A DNA stretch of 64,000 nt, from assembly GCA_964361595.1 (NCBI GenBank), contig CAYIAX010000003.1, positions 6,071 to 70,070 on the forward strand, written 5' to 3'. Source of the stretch: an uncultured Candidatus Saccharibacteria bacterium (lineage in GTDB: Bacteria; Patescibacteriota; Minisyncoccia; UBA6257; 2-01-FULL-56-20). Below the pieces are notes generated by a model. That model saw only the letters and a list, made by a program, of their open reading frames with translations, was not told where the DNA came from and did not search any database. Position numbers and translations under genes: made by a program. Position 1 is the stretch's first letter. The number at the start of each line of letters is the position of its first letter. This document shows positions 39,052-47,522 of this stretch, one piece after another.

Positions 39052-39074
39052 CGCGTGCTTCGAGCGCACAGGTA

Positions 39075-39316
39075 GGAAGGTTGGCAGAGTGGACGAATGC
39101 GCCGCACTTGTTCCCGATTTCTATGAATCTTTGATTCGTCGAGAAATCGCAATCCCGCACAAAGCGGTGGGGTGGCCGAGTGGTTGAAAGCGCCGCACTT
39201 GAAATGCGGTATACCCGGAAGGGTATCGTGAGTTCGAATCTCACCCCCACCGCTTTGGGCGCGGGAAATGCGGTAAGCCAGAAATGGCTTCGGAGGTTCG
39301 AATCCTCCACCTTCCG
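39075..39316 (+). tRNA. Outer tRNA-Ser interrupted in the anticodon loop by a 155-nt insert (anticodon TGA or GGA depending on junction)
   Basis: 5' half GGAAGGT-TG-GCAGAGTGGACGAATGC-G-CCGCA-CT(TG); 3' half (GG)AAA-TGCGG-TAAGCCAGAAATGGCTT-C-GGAGGTTCGAATCCTCC-ACCTTCC-G; all stems pair. Confidence 0.8.
39166..39252 (+). tRNA. tRNA-Ser(TGA), inner/nested
   Basis: GGTGGGG/CCCCACC, CCGCA-CT-TGA-AA-TGCGG, variable arm ATACCC-GGAA-GGGTAT, GTGAGTTCGAATCTCAC. Confidence 0.94.
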
Positions 39317-39340
39317 CCTAGGGATTAATACCCTTATGGG

Positions 39341-39424
39341 CCGCACTCGCCCGCCGAAGGCAGGGTCCCTGCCTACCGGCAGGCAGGCGCCCCAGGCGGA
39401 AAATGCGGTTGGGGAGAAATCCCC
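39341..39424 (+). pseudogene. Relic of tRNA-Ser(CGA) anticodon and variable arms, split by a 51-nt palindromic insert (39350-39400)
   Basis: CCGCACTCG | insert | AAATGCGGTTGGGGAGAAATCCCC matches the tRNA-Ser(CGA) at 36044-36133 exactly. Confidence 0.8.
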
Positions 39425-39488
39425 GTCAGATGCTTTGTAAGACACATAATCGAGCGAAAGGAAATCGGTAATATGAAGTGGAATAATT

Positions 39489-40190
39489 ATGACAGGAATA
39501 TTTTTTGCACATCCACATACGCTTCTAGACCAAGTTGGTAAGGTTTTAGAAAAAGTTGGCGCTGAAAAATTCTTTTCAAGCTCGGATGAGGAAGTGAAGA
39601 AAGCCCGAGAAGGATTTGCGGCATATTTCTTCACGCTTACCTTAAAGCAATATCTACGGAGAGATTGGTGGTTGGCGCAGTACGACCAAGCCACTAGAGC
39701 TTACCCAGATTTTGATTTTATATCTTTTGCAGAAAATCCTGACGATATGAAGATGGAGTCTGTAGAGCTAACAGGCATTTACCCGCATTTCAAATCTTTT
39801 GACGAAGCCCTAAAAGTTGTTGAGAAGAAACAGAAGCAATATGGCGACAAGCCATTGAAGTTCAGTTTGTTAGTTTTTGTAAATCACGAAAAAAGCGAGG
39901 AGTGGATTAATCTGCTTAGAAAGAACGTGAGTAGTGAACACCCATTCTTGAGCATATGGACAATACACTTGAGGTTTAAGAAGGGTGGAAAGGAAGTCGG
40001 GAAAGCAGTTGCTCAACGAATTGTACCCTTGCCAGGCCTGAGAATTGAAGCTGACACGGATGATTCTGAAATACACAAGCGACAGCCTCTCCCAAGTTAT
40101 ATGGATCAACATCGGGAAGGTGAACAAACTTATATCACATTCAAGACCGAGTTTATTGATAAAATGCGAAAAAAGGTTGGAGCGTTATAG
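39489..40190 (+). CDS. AT-rich hypothetical protein, possible PD-(D/E)xK nuclease-like fold
   Basis: 'E..AA.F...YPDFDF...ESVELT' pattern; fold assignment weak. Confidence 0.6.
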   Translation: MTGIFFAHPHTLLDQVGKVLEKVGAEKFFSSSDEEVKKAREGFAAYFFTLTLKQYLRRDWWLAQYDQATRAYPDFDFISFAENPDDMKMESVELTGIYPHFKSFDEALKVVEKKQKQYGDKPLKFSLLVFVNHEKSEEWINLLRKNVSSEHPFLSIWTIHLRFKKGGKEVGKAVAQRIVPLPGLRIEADTDDSEIHKRQPLPSYMDQHREGEQTYITFKTEFIDKMRKKVGAL

Positions 40191-40199
40191 TCTTTCTAT

Positions 40200-40316
40200 T
40201 ATCCTCAATGCGTGAACTATTACGAACCGCAGAAAAGCGAATGTGAAGGCGAGCGCGAAACTTCCGATCTTGATAGCGTGCTCGACCGGATTTTCCGGAG
40301 CGTACAACTGCGCTGA
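40200..40316 (+). pseudogene. Orphan 3' fragment of a gene (YPQCVNYYEPQKSECEGERETSDLDSVLDRIFRSVQLR*)
   Basis: Protein-like frame with core-genome codon style, lacking its 5' part; ends exactly at a family A palindrome. Confidence 0.45.
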
Positions 40317-40378
40317 CAACATTCTCACATTCTCAAGAATGTGAGAATGTTGCGAATGCGCCACCCGGCTGGCGCATT
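40317..40378. repeat. Family A palindrome (40317-40352) followed by an AATGCGCCA...TGGCGCATT hairpin
   Basis: CAACATTCTCACATTCT-CA-AGAATGTGAGAATGTTG. Confidence 0.9.
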
Positions 40379-40413
40379 TATAAATAGTGAAAACATGCTA
40401 TTGTTATTTCTAA

Positions 40414-41592
40414 ATGGAACTCCAGGTGGGGGCGAAAACTTTGCCGAAGAACAAGGAAGCTCAAAAACAAAATTTAAGAACGTGGATTGAAATCAATCAG
40501 CAAGCTTTGAAGAACAATCATAATGTTTTCAGGCGCCTGATCGGGCCAAAATGCCTTTTGATGAGCGTTGTTAAATCAAACGCTTACGGCCACGACTTGA
40601 TTGATTTTACCCGCGCCGCGGAAAATTTTGGCGTGGATTGGTTTGGCGTTGATTCAATTGTTGAGGCAGAAAGTTTAAGAAAAGCCGGTTTAAGAAAACC
40701 TGTTTTGGTTTTAGGCCACACCTTGCAGAATAGGGTGGAGGCCGCCGCTAAGAACCGCATTTCTCTGACCGTCGCTGATTTTTCGGCCCTGAAAAATTTA
40801 AAAAATATCAAGCAACGCGGCGCTAAATTAAAAATTCACCTCAAGGTTGATACCGGCATGCACCGTCAGGGCTTTTTTGTCTCGGAACTCCCAGCCGTCA
40901 TCAAGATTTTAAAGTCACAATCCGCCGCGGCGCTTGAGGGTGTTTATACTCATTTTGCTTCGGCCAAAAATCCAGCATTTCCGGCCGAAACTCTTAATCA
41001 AATTGAGGAATTTAAAAAAGCCGTTGATATTTTTGAATCAGCCGGTTTTAGCGGATTCATAAAACACGCCGCAGCCACGGCCGGTACGATTATTTTCCCT
41101 CAAAGTCATTTTGACTTGGTCAGAGTCGGAATCGGACTATACGGACTTTGGCCGTCAAAAGAAACCCGAGCGGCGTTTAAGGATAAAATGAAACTTAAGC
41201 CGGTTCTGGCGTGGAAGACCATTGTCGGCCAGATTAAAAACTTCCCCAAAGGAAGTAAAATCGGCTATGACCTAACGGAAATACTAGGCCGTCCTTCCCG
41301 AGTTGCGATTTTACCGATTGGCTATTGGCACGGGTTTCCGCGCTCGCTTTCCGGCATCGGCAAGGTGTTGATTGGCGGCCACGAGGCGAAGGTTCTTGGT
41401 CGGGTCTCGATGGACATGATTAGCGTTGACGTTACAAATGTCAGAAATGTAAAAATTGGCGACGAGGCGGTTTTGATCGGGAAACAGGGAAAGCTGGAAA
41501 TCTCGGTTGACGAGCTGGCGTATTTAAGCGACACGATTAACTACGAAATTACCACTCGCCTGAATCCATTGATCAAAAGAATTATGGTTTGA
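40414..41592 (+). CDS. alr: Alanine racemase
   Basis: 'VVKSNAYGH', 'HLKVDTGMHRQG', 'YTHFA', 'VRVGIGLYG', 'GRVSMD'. Confidence 0.96.
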   Translation: MELQVGAKTLPKNKEAQKQNLRTWIEINQQALKNNHNVFRRLIGPKCLLMSVVKSNAYGHDLIDFTRAAENFGVDWFGVDSIVEAESLRKAGLRKPVLVLGHTLQNRVEAAAKNRISLTVADFSALKNLKNIKQRGAKLKIHLKVDTGMHRQGFFVSELPAVIKILKSQSAAALEGVYTHFASAKNPAFPAETLNQIEEFKKAVDIFESAGFSGFIKHAAATAGTIIFPQSHFDLVRVGIGLYGLWPSKETRAAFKDKMKLKPVLAWKTIVGQIKNFPKGSKIGYDLTEILGRPSRVAILPIGYWHGFPRSLSGIGKVLIGGHEAKVLGRVSMDMISVDVTNVRNVKIGDEAVLIGKQGKLEISVDELAYLSDTINYEITTRLNPLIKRIMV

Positions 41593-41627
41593 GATTTAAC
41601 TCCGGAGGTTTGTTATAATCAATGCAC

Positions 41628-42032
41628 ATGGAACTGCAAGTCGGCGTAAAGGCTTTGCTAAAAAACAAGGACGGCAAGTACCTTTTGCTTTTGCGCTCGC
41701 GGGATAAATATAAAGACGTAATGGGCGAGTGGGATATCGTGGGCGGCCGGATTGATCCCGGGTCGCCGCTTATAGAAAATTTAAAAAGAGAAATTAAGGA
41801 AGAAACGGGGCTCGATTTAATTGATGAGCCGAAATTGATTTACGCCCAGGATATTTTGCGAGTGCCGGGACGGCATGTGGTACGGCTGACCTATACGGCA
41901 AATATCGAAGGAGAGCCGAAAATAGACGAAGAGCACCGCGAGTATAAATGGTTCACGCTCGAGGAGCTTAAAAATATGGAAAATTTAGACGTGTATTTTA
42001 GAGAACTTTTGGATAAGGCGATAATCGCATAA
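41628..42032 (+). CDS. NUDIX hydrolase
   Basis: 'GGRIDPG......L.REIKEETGL' Nudix box. Confidence 0.92.
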   Translation: MELQVGVKALLKNKDGKYLLLLRSRDKYKDVMGEWDIVGGRIDPGSPLIENLKREIKEETGLDLIDEPKLIYAQDILRVPGRHVVRLTYTANIEGEPKIDEEHREYKWFTLEELKNMENLDVYFRELLDKAIIA

Positions 42033-42081
42033 AATCCGCGCATTGCTCTTTCCGGGGAAATAAGTAAAATAGGAATGCATC

Positions 42082-42153
42082 GCCGGAGTAGCTCAGTGGT
42101 AGAGCAGACCCTTCGTAAGGGTAAGGTCGGGGGTTCAAATCCTCTCTCCGGCT
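42082..42153 (+). tRNA. tRNA-Thr(CGT)
   Basis: GCCGGAG/CTCCGGC, ACCC-TT-CGT-AA-GGGT, GGTTCAAATCC. Confidence 0.93.
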
Positions 42154-42157
42154 CAAA

Positions 42158-42238
42158 ATGACCGACAAAAAAGTTCAAATTTTAGTGATGGGCGGGACCA
42201 TTGATTCGTATTGGGCGGTGTTTGAGAAAAAGCAGTAA
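42158..42238 (+). pseudogene. 5' fragment of an asparaginase-like gene
   Basis: MTDKKVQILVMGGTIDS resembles the asparaginase 'I..TGGTI' start; stops after 26 aa. Confidence 0.5.
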
Positions 42239-42256
42239 AAGTTTTAAACTTTGAAT

Positions 42257-43301
42257 ATGGACCACAAACAAGAACTTGAAGAACTTGCGACCGAAGCCCG
42301 CCGGTTAGGCGGGCGGCTTTGAGGTCCAAGCCAAGCGTGAACGCATCGCGGAAATCGAGGCGCAAATGAGCGAGGCGGGTTTTTGGGGTGATCGCGCGAA
42401 GGCGGATGCGGCAATCAAAGAATTTGGAGAGCTGAAGGAAGTGGCCGATGCGTACGATGAAATTGAGCATGGCGTGGCGGGTCTTGCCGCGGCGTTCGAC
42501 GAAAAACGTTTCTTCGAGATCAAGAAAAAATTCCGCGACCTGGAGCTCCAGGAACTTTTCAAAGGCAAATATGATCTGCAGTCGGCCGTAATCTCGGTTT
42601 ATCCCGGCGTGGGTGGCGATGACGCGGAAGATTGGGCACGGATGCTTTTTGAAATGTACGAAAAGTACGCTGCTAAACGCAAATGGCAAATTGCAATTTT
42701 GGACAACAATCCGAACAGGCGAACGCTCGAGATGAAGGGGAAATATGCCTATGGATATTTGAAACATGAAGGCGGCGTGCATCGCCTTGTGCGCATCTCG
42801 CCCTTTTCGGCGCAGAAACTGCGCCACACGTCCTTCGCGCTGGTTGAAATCGTGCCCGACTTGCCGGCGCAAGAAGAATCAGCTTTCCAAATTCCCGAGC
42901 GGGATTTAAAGGTGGAATTTTACCGTTCGGGCGGACCCGGCGGGCAGAATGTGAACAAGGTGGAAACCGCCGTGCGGATCGTGCATATTCCCACAGGTTT
43001 AGTTGCAAGTTCGCAGGTCGAACGCGCACAAGCGCAGAATCGCGAACGCGCCCTGAAGCTTCTGAAGAGCAAAATTTTCCAGCTGATGGAGCGCGAGCAT
43101 GTCGCAGAGCTTTCCAATCTGCGCATTAAGGTTACGCCGGAATGGGGGAACCAGATCCGCTCCTATGTTTTGAATCCTTACCAGCTGGTCAAGGATCACC
43201 GCACGGAAGCCGAAACTTCCCAAGTGGAAGATGTTTTAAACGGGGAACTCGACAAATTTATTGAAGCCGAGGTACAATTGGGGACAGAATCTAGAAGCTA
43301 G
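42257..43301 (+). CDS. prfB: Peptide chain release factor 2 with programmed +1 frameshift at CTT-TGA (42317-42322)
   Basis: 'RISPF' and 'GGQ' motifs; 21-codon leader ends CTT TGA and the +1 frame is continuous with the 42366 ORF. Confidence 0.95.
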
Positions 43302-43433
43302 AATATAGCCGTTTTTGGCGAGTCTCGCCTCTGGCGGGAATCTAGAATATGCAAAAACTAAGCAATTCTAGGTACTAGGTTCTGAATTTCCTGCCTACCG
43401 GCAGGCAGGCAGGCAGGTAGGTAGGTTCTAAAT
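43287..43433. repeat. Convergent heptamer arrays with inserted CCTGCCTACCGGCAGGCAGG palindrome
   Basis: AGAATCT-AGAAGCT-AGAATAT ... ATTCTAG-GTACTAG-GTTCTGA; the same 20-mer occurs at about 39368. Confidence 0.75.
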
Positions 43434-43437
43434 TGCA

Positions 43438-44121
43438 ATGATCGCATTTCAAGGCATATCAAAGGTATATAACAGCCACTCCACCGCACTGGAGGATGTA
43501 AGTTTCCGCATTAATCCGGGCGAATTCGTCTCCTTGGTCGGACGTTCGGGCGCGGGCAAGTCAACCGTCATCAAGCTTTTAATCGGGGAAGAAAAACCCA
43601 CGCGCGGGAGAGTGTTTTTCGGCCAGTATGAAGTGAATAAATTAGGCGACAGCGAACTGCCGTTTTTCCGCCGCCACATCGGCATCGTTTTCCAGGACTT
43701 TAGGCTCCTGACTGCTAAAAATACGTATGAGAATGTTGCTTTCGCGCTTGAGGTCGCCGGCCGGCCGCAGCGGGAGATTAACGAACTTGTGCCGCAGGTT
43801 TTGGATATGGTAGGTTTGGGCGAGAAAATGTCCAATTTTCCGCATGAGCTCTCTGGCGGCGAGAAGCAGCGCGTGGCAATTGCCCGCGCCATGGTCCATC
43901 GTCCGGAAGTCATTATCGCCGACGAACCGACGGGCAATCTCGATCCCTTCCACAGCGCGGAAATTATCAATTTGCTTTTAAAGATCAACCAGCTTGGCAC
44001 CACCTTGATCCTCGCCACCCATGACCGGGAAATCATTAATGGGCTCGACAAGCGTGTAATTACGCTCGATGCGGGCCGCTTGATTCGCGATGAAGCGAGA
44101 GGGAAATATATACTCGTGTAA
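43438..44121 (+). CDS. ftsE: Cell division ATP-binding protein FtsE
   Basis: 'GRSGAGKST', 'VFQDFRLL', 'LSGGEKQRVAIARA', 'ADEPTGNLD'; next to ftsX. Confidence 0.93.
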   Translation: MIAFQGISKVYNSHSTALEDVSFRINPGEFVSLVGRSGAGKSTVIKLLIGEEKPTRGRVFFGQYEVNKLGDSELPFFRRHIGIVFQDFRLLTAKNTYENVAFALEVAGRPQREINELVPQVLDMVGLGEKMSNFPHELSGGEKQRVAIARAMVHRPEVIIADEPTGNLDPFHSAEIINLLLKINQLGTTLILATHDREIINGLDKRVITLDAGRLIRDEARGKYILV

Positions 44122-44223
44122 ATTCGAAGCACGAAGCACGAAATTCGAAACAAATTCACAATGAAAGAAATCAATAAAAAATTAAGAACCATTTCGGATT
44201 TCGATATTCGAATTTCGAATTTT
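44122..44223. repeat. Convergent heptamer arrays between ftsE and ftsX
   Basis: CGAAGCA-CGAAGCA-CGAAATT-CGAAAC ... TTTCGGA-TTTCGAT-ATTCGAA-TTTCGAA. Confidence 0.8.
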
Positions 44224-44227
44224 TAAT

Positions 44228-45136
44228 ATGATCACCGTCATCTCGCGCATAATCCATTACGGCATCCAAAACTTTTGGCGGAACGCTTGGCCGTCGGCGG
44301 CCACCGTGGCGATCATGATTTTGGCGCTTTTAGTTTCCGCCGGACTTATTTTCTTCAACGTCGCCACGGATCGGGCGGTCGCTTCGGTGCAGGATAAAAT
44401 CGATATCAGCGTTTACTTTAAATCCAACACGCCCGAGGACGAAATTTTGAACATTAAGCAATCGCTGGAGAGTTTGTCGGAAGTCCGCCAAGTCGAATAT
44501 ATCTCGAGCGGCCGCGCTTTGGAGATATTTAAAGAAGCGCACAAAGATGACCAAACGATTATCCAGGCCTTGGGCGAGCTCTCCGGCAATCCGCTCGTAG
44601 CTTCCTTGAACATTAAGGCGCAGCGGCCGGACCAGTATGCTTCAATCGCGCAATATCTTTCCTCGCCGAATCTCGACCGGTATGTGGAAAACTTGAGCTA
44701 TGCCAAAAACCAAATTGTAATCGAGCGCTTAAACACAATCATTCACAATGTGAATCGAGGCGGTCTGGCGCTTACAATCGCTTTGGCGATTTTGGCCGGA
44801 CTTGTGGTCTTCAACACCATTCGTTTGGCAATTTATTCTAACCGCGATGAGATCGGGATCATGCGAGCGGTTGGCGCCTCGAATTCTTTCGTGCGCGGCC
44901 CGTATGTCGTCGAAGGCGTAATCGCTGGAGTGGTCGCTGCCGTCATCAGCATGATTTTGGCTGCGCCATTGACTTATCTTGTTTCGCCATACCTCAATGT
45001 TTTCATTCCGGGACTCAATGTTTTCCAATATTACTACTCCAACTTGTTCGCGCTTTTGGGGTACCAGCTTTTGGCCGGAATTGCGATCGGAAGCTTTTCG
45101 AGCTTCGTCGCCGTCCGCAGATATTTGAAGAACTAG
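44228..45136 (+). CDS. ftsX: Cell division permease FtsX
   Basis: 4 TM plus periplasmic loop; 'NTIRLAIY..RDEI.IM..VGA'. Confidence 0.93.
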   Translation: MITVISRIIHYGIQNFWRNAWPSAATVAIMILALLVSAGLIFFNVATDRAVASVQDKIDISVYFKSNTPEDEILNIKQSLESLSEVRQVEYISSGRALEIFKEAHKDDQTIIQALGELSGNPLVASLNIKAQRPDQYASIAQYLSSPNLDRYVENLSYAKNQIVIERLNTIIHNVNRGGLALTIALAILAGLVVFNTIRLAIYSNRDEIGIMRAVGASNSFVRGPYVVEGVIAGVVAAVISMILAAPLTYLVSPYLNVFIPGLNVFQYYYSNLFALLGYQLLAGIAIGSFSSFVAVRRYLKN

Positions 45137-45149
45137 GAGAGTTTAACCA

Positions 45150-45584
45150 TCAAAAATTTTTTTTGATCTCGGCGCAGATCTTTTCCGTAACTTCTTGTGA
45201 GGTAGCTTTCGTCGGTTCGGGGAAGCAATTTCTGCCCACGCGCTCATCGGTAAAAGTTTCGCCGGCAAATTCCCGCACGGGATTTTTTTCGTAGCGGGGG
45301 ATTACGTGCCAGTGCACGAAATGATCTTTGTTAGCAAGATGCGCGTAGTTCAAGCGGTCTGGCCGGAATGATTTTTGTAAGGCCGCCGCTAGTTTTGGCA
45401 TGATCTCGTTCCAAAACTCATCTCTCTCCGCCTGGGTTATTTCGAGCGGATTCTCGAGCACACGGCTTTTCAGATAGACAATACTGCGGCCGAGATATGA
45501 TTGATTATCGCGATGCAAAATTACGTTCCAGTGCTGGCCTTCGTAGATTAAATATTGGCTGTCGAGAAACGGAATTTGTTCCAT
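45150..45584 (-). CDS. HIT-family hydrolase
   Basis: 'HFVHWHVIPRY' histidine-triad-like motif. Confidence 0.85.
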   Translation of the reverse strand: MEQIPFLDSQYLIYEGQHWNVILHRDNQSYLGRSIVYLKSRVLENPLEITQAERDEFWNEIMPKLAAALQKSFRPDRLNYAHLANKDHFVHWHVIPRYEKNPVREFAGETFTDERVGRNCFPEPTKATSQEVTEKICAEIKKNF

Positions 45585-45593
45585 GTTTTAATC

Positions 45594-46391
45594 TTACGTC
45601 TCCGACGTGAATCGCGTGAGCAGGCCTTTTTTGAGCACGATTTTGAACATTTGAATGAAAACGAAATAGGCAAGTACGAGATATGCCGCGGCAAGGACTG
45701 CGCCCAGGATCAACTTTTCCGGCGAAAATGTTCCGTGGATGACGAGCGAACGCAAACCTTCAAACACATACGAAGGCGGGATGGCTTTGGCGATCGGTTG
45801 GAGCGAACTAGGCAGGGCGGCAATCGGATAAAACACTCCGGCGAAGGGACCAAGCATAAAGGGGACAAGCCAGGCCAGCCATTCGGCCGCGGGTCCGAAC
45901 CGGAAAACAAAAGCGGTAGTTACGATTCCCAAAGCCAAGCCAAACAGGAAGATGACAAGGAGGAAGAGGAAAAGCGGCAAGCCGAGCGAGAGAATGTTGA
46001 AGCCGAAAGCAAAACTTCCAATTAGTGTCATCACGGCAAATCCGGCAGAGCTTGTTGTAATGCTCGCAACAATAAGTCCCAGAATGTATTCGTTCACCTT
46101 TAAGGGCGAGGCAAAGAGATTCAGGAAATTCCGCGACCACATGTCTTCGAAAAAGGCGAGGATCACTCCTTGCTGTACGCGGATCAAAAAACTCCAGAGG
46201 ATTACGGCGCCCAAAAGCACCGGCACAAAATCAAAGGTTGCTTGGCCGACGGAATTTAAATAACGAGTCGTAAACCCCCACAAAATAACATCCAGCGTGA
46301 TCCAAAGGAAAATATTGCAGATCCGCGTGATGTTTTTGCGAAGCAGGAAAAATTGGCGAAGGATGATTGCGGAGACTCTAATAAGGCTCAT
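45594..46391 (-). CDS. ABC-2 type transporter permease
   Basis: 6 TM helices; 'GVFYPIAALP..LQ.IA..IP.SYVFEG'. Confidence 0.9.
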   Translation of the reverse strand: MSLIRVSAIILRQFFLLRKNITRICNIFLWITLDVILWGFTTRYLNSVGQATFDFVPVLLGAVILWSFLIRVQQGVILAFFEDMWSRNFLNLFASPLKVNEYILGLIVASITTSSAGFAVMTLIGSFAFGFNILSLGLPLFLFLLVIFLFGLALGIVTTAFVFRFGPAAEWLAWLVPFMLGPFAGVFYPIAALPSSLQPIAKAIPPSYVFEGLRSLVIHGTFSPEKLILGAVLAAAYLVLAYFVFIQMFKIVLKKGLLTRFTSET

Positions 46392-47131
46392 AATTCAAGC
46401 GATAATGGTTCGCGCGCGACCGTTATGAATAATTCTTCCAAGTCTTTTTTCCCGTGTTCCTGCGGCAGCAATTTAGGATCGCCTGCCAAAAGTATTTTCC
46501 CGTGCGAAAGGAAAAGCACGCGGTCGCATACCGCTTCCACTTCATGCATGTTGTGCGAGGTCCAAAGAATTCCAGCTTTGGCTTCCGCGGCGTAGTAATG
46601 GATTTTCTCGCGGATCAAGTGGGCGTTTAAGGGGTCAAGCGAAGCGGTCGGTTCGTCCAAGAAGAGAAGCGCAGGGGAGTTCACCATCGCCTTGGCCAGC
46701 ATCACGCGCGTATTTTCTCCGGAGGAGAGGAGGCCGCATTTTGTATTTCTGAACTCCGTAAGCTCAAAGGCCGTGAGCATCTCATTCGCGCGTTTTTTTG
46801 CCGCTGGGACCTCGTAAAGCAAACAGAATATGTAAAGATTCTGCCAGACTGTAAGATTGCCGGGCAGCTGCGCATAGACGGCGGAAAAATTAGTTTTGGC
46901 CATCACTTCCGAGCGGTTGCCGCGCAATGGCTTGCCCAGGATTTCGATTGAGCCACTTGTGGGTTCTAAAACGCCCATGAGCATGCTGATCGTCGTTGTT
47001 TTGCCGGCGCCGTTCGGTCCCAGAAGTCCTACCACCTCGCCGGCGGCCACGCTAAAGGAAACATCTCGCACAGCTTCAATGTCTTTGTAGGCTTTGGAAA
47101 GGTTTTTGACGGTTAAAACGGGATTTTGCAT
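46388..47131 (-). CDS. ABC transporter ATP-binding protein
   Basis: 'GPNGAGKTT', 'LSSGE', 'LDEPT', 'SH'. Confidence 0.93.
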   Translation of the reverse strand: MQNPVLTVKNLSKAYKDIEAVRDVSFSVAAGEVVGLLGPNGAGKTTTISMLMGVLEPTSGSIEILGKPLRGNRSEVMAKTNFSAVYAQLPGNLTVWQNLYIFCLLYEVPAAKKRANEMLTAFELTEFRNTKCGLLSSGENTRVMLAKAMVNSPALLFLDEPTASLDPLNAHLIREKIHYYAAEAKAGILWTSHNMHEVEAVCDRVLFLSHGKILLAGDPKLLPQEHGKKDLEELFITVAREPLSLEL

Positions 47132-47217
47132 GTAATCGTGATTATACCGGTTTTCCTTAAATACCCAAAGTGGCGGCAAAGAGTAGAATTAAATAAAGGT
47201 CGGGATTTTTAAAAACT

Positions 47218-47520
47218 ATGGCCAAAGAAGTTATAAAGCGCGGCGGCAAGCATGAGCCGTTCCGGGCGGAAAAAGTGAAAGGCGCGGTGCGCGGCGCCTT
47301 GCGCGATATCCATATTGGCGGCGCGCGCGCCAAGCGGATCGTAGGGAAAGTTTCTGCGCCCGTGCTGCGGTTTGCCGCGAAGCGGAAAACGATAAAGACC
47401 TCGGTTTTGCGGCAGAAGCTTATCTCCGGTTTGCGTAAAGTCGAACCCGCGGCCGCCAAAGCCTGGCAGAAGTTCGACGCCCGGCGCAAAGCCCGCCGCG
47501 GAAAAGCACGCCGCCGCTAA
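47218..47520 (+). CDS. Stand-alone, highly basic ATP-cone domain protein
   Basis: 'VIKRGG..EPF..EKV' ATP-cone signature. Confidence 0.75.
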   Translation: MAKEVIKRGGKHEPFRAEKVKGAVRGALRDIHIGGARAKRIVGKVSAPVLRFAAKRKTIKTSVLRQKLISGLRKVEPAAAKAWQKFDARRKARRGKARRR

Positions 47521-47522
47521 AC

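Noticed and set aside
39109-39265. Group I intron in tRNA-Ser
   Set aside because: One junction choice gives U|...G ends, but most of the insert is a tRNA and the remaining roughly 68 nt cannot hold the P3-P7 catalytic core.
38784-39694. ORFs 38784..39152, 38951..39694, 38960..39187 and 39180..39440
   Set aside because: They overlap tRNA genes and GC-rich hairpins; treated as shadow ORFs.
42153-44192. Long antisense ORFs opposite prfB and ftsE (also 13390..14292, 27044..27601, 31897..32574, 62458..63210)
   Set aside because: They are antisense shadows of well-supported genes and show no recognisable motifs.
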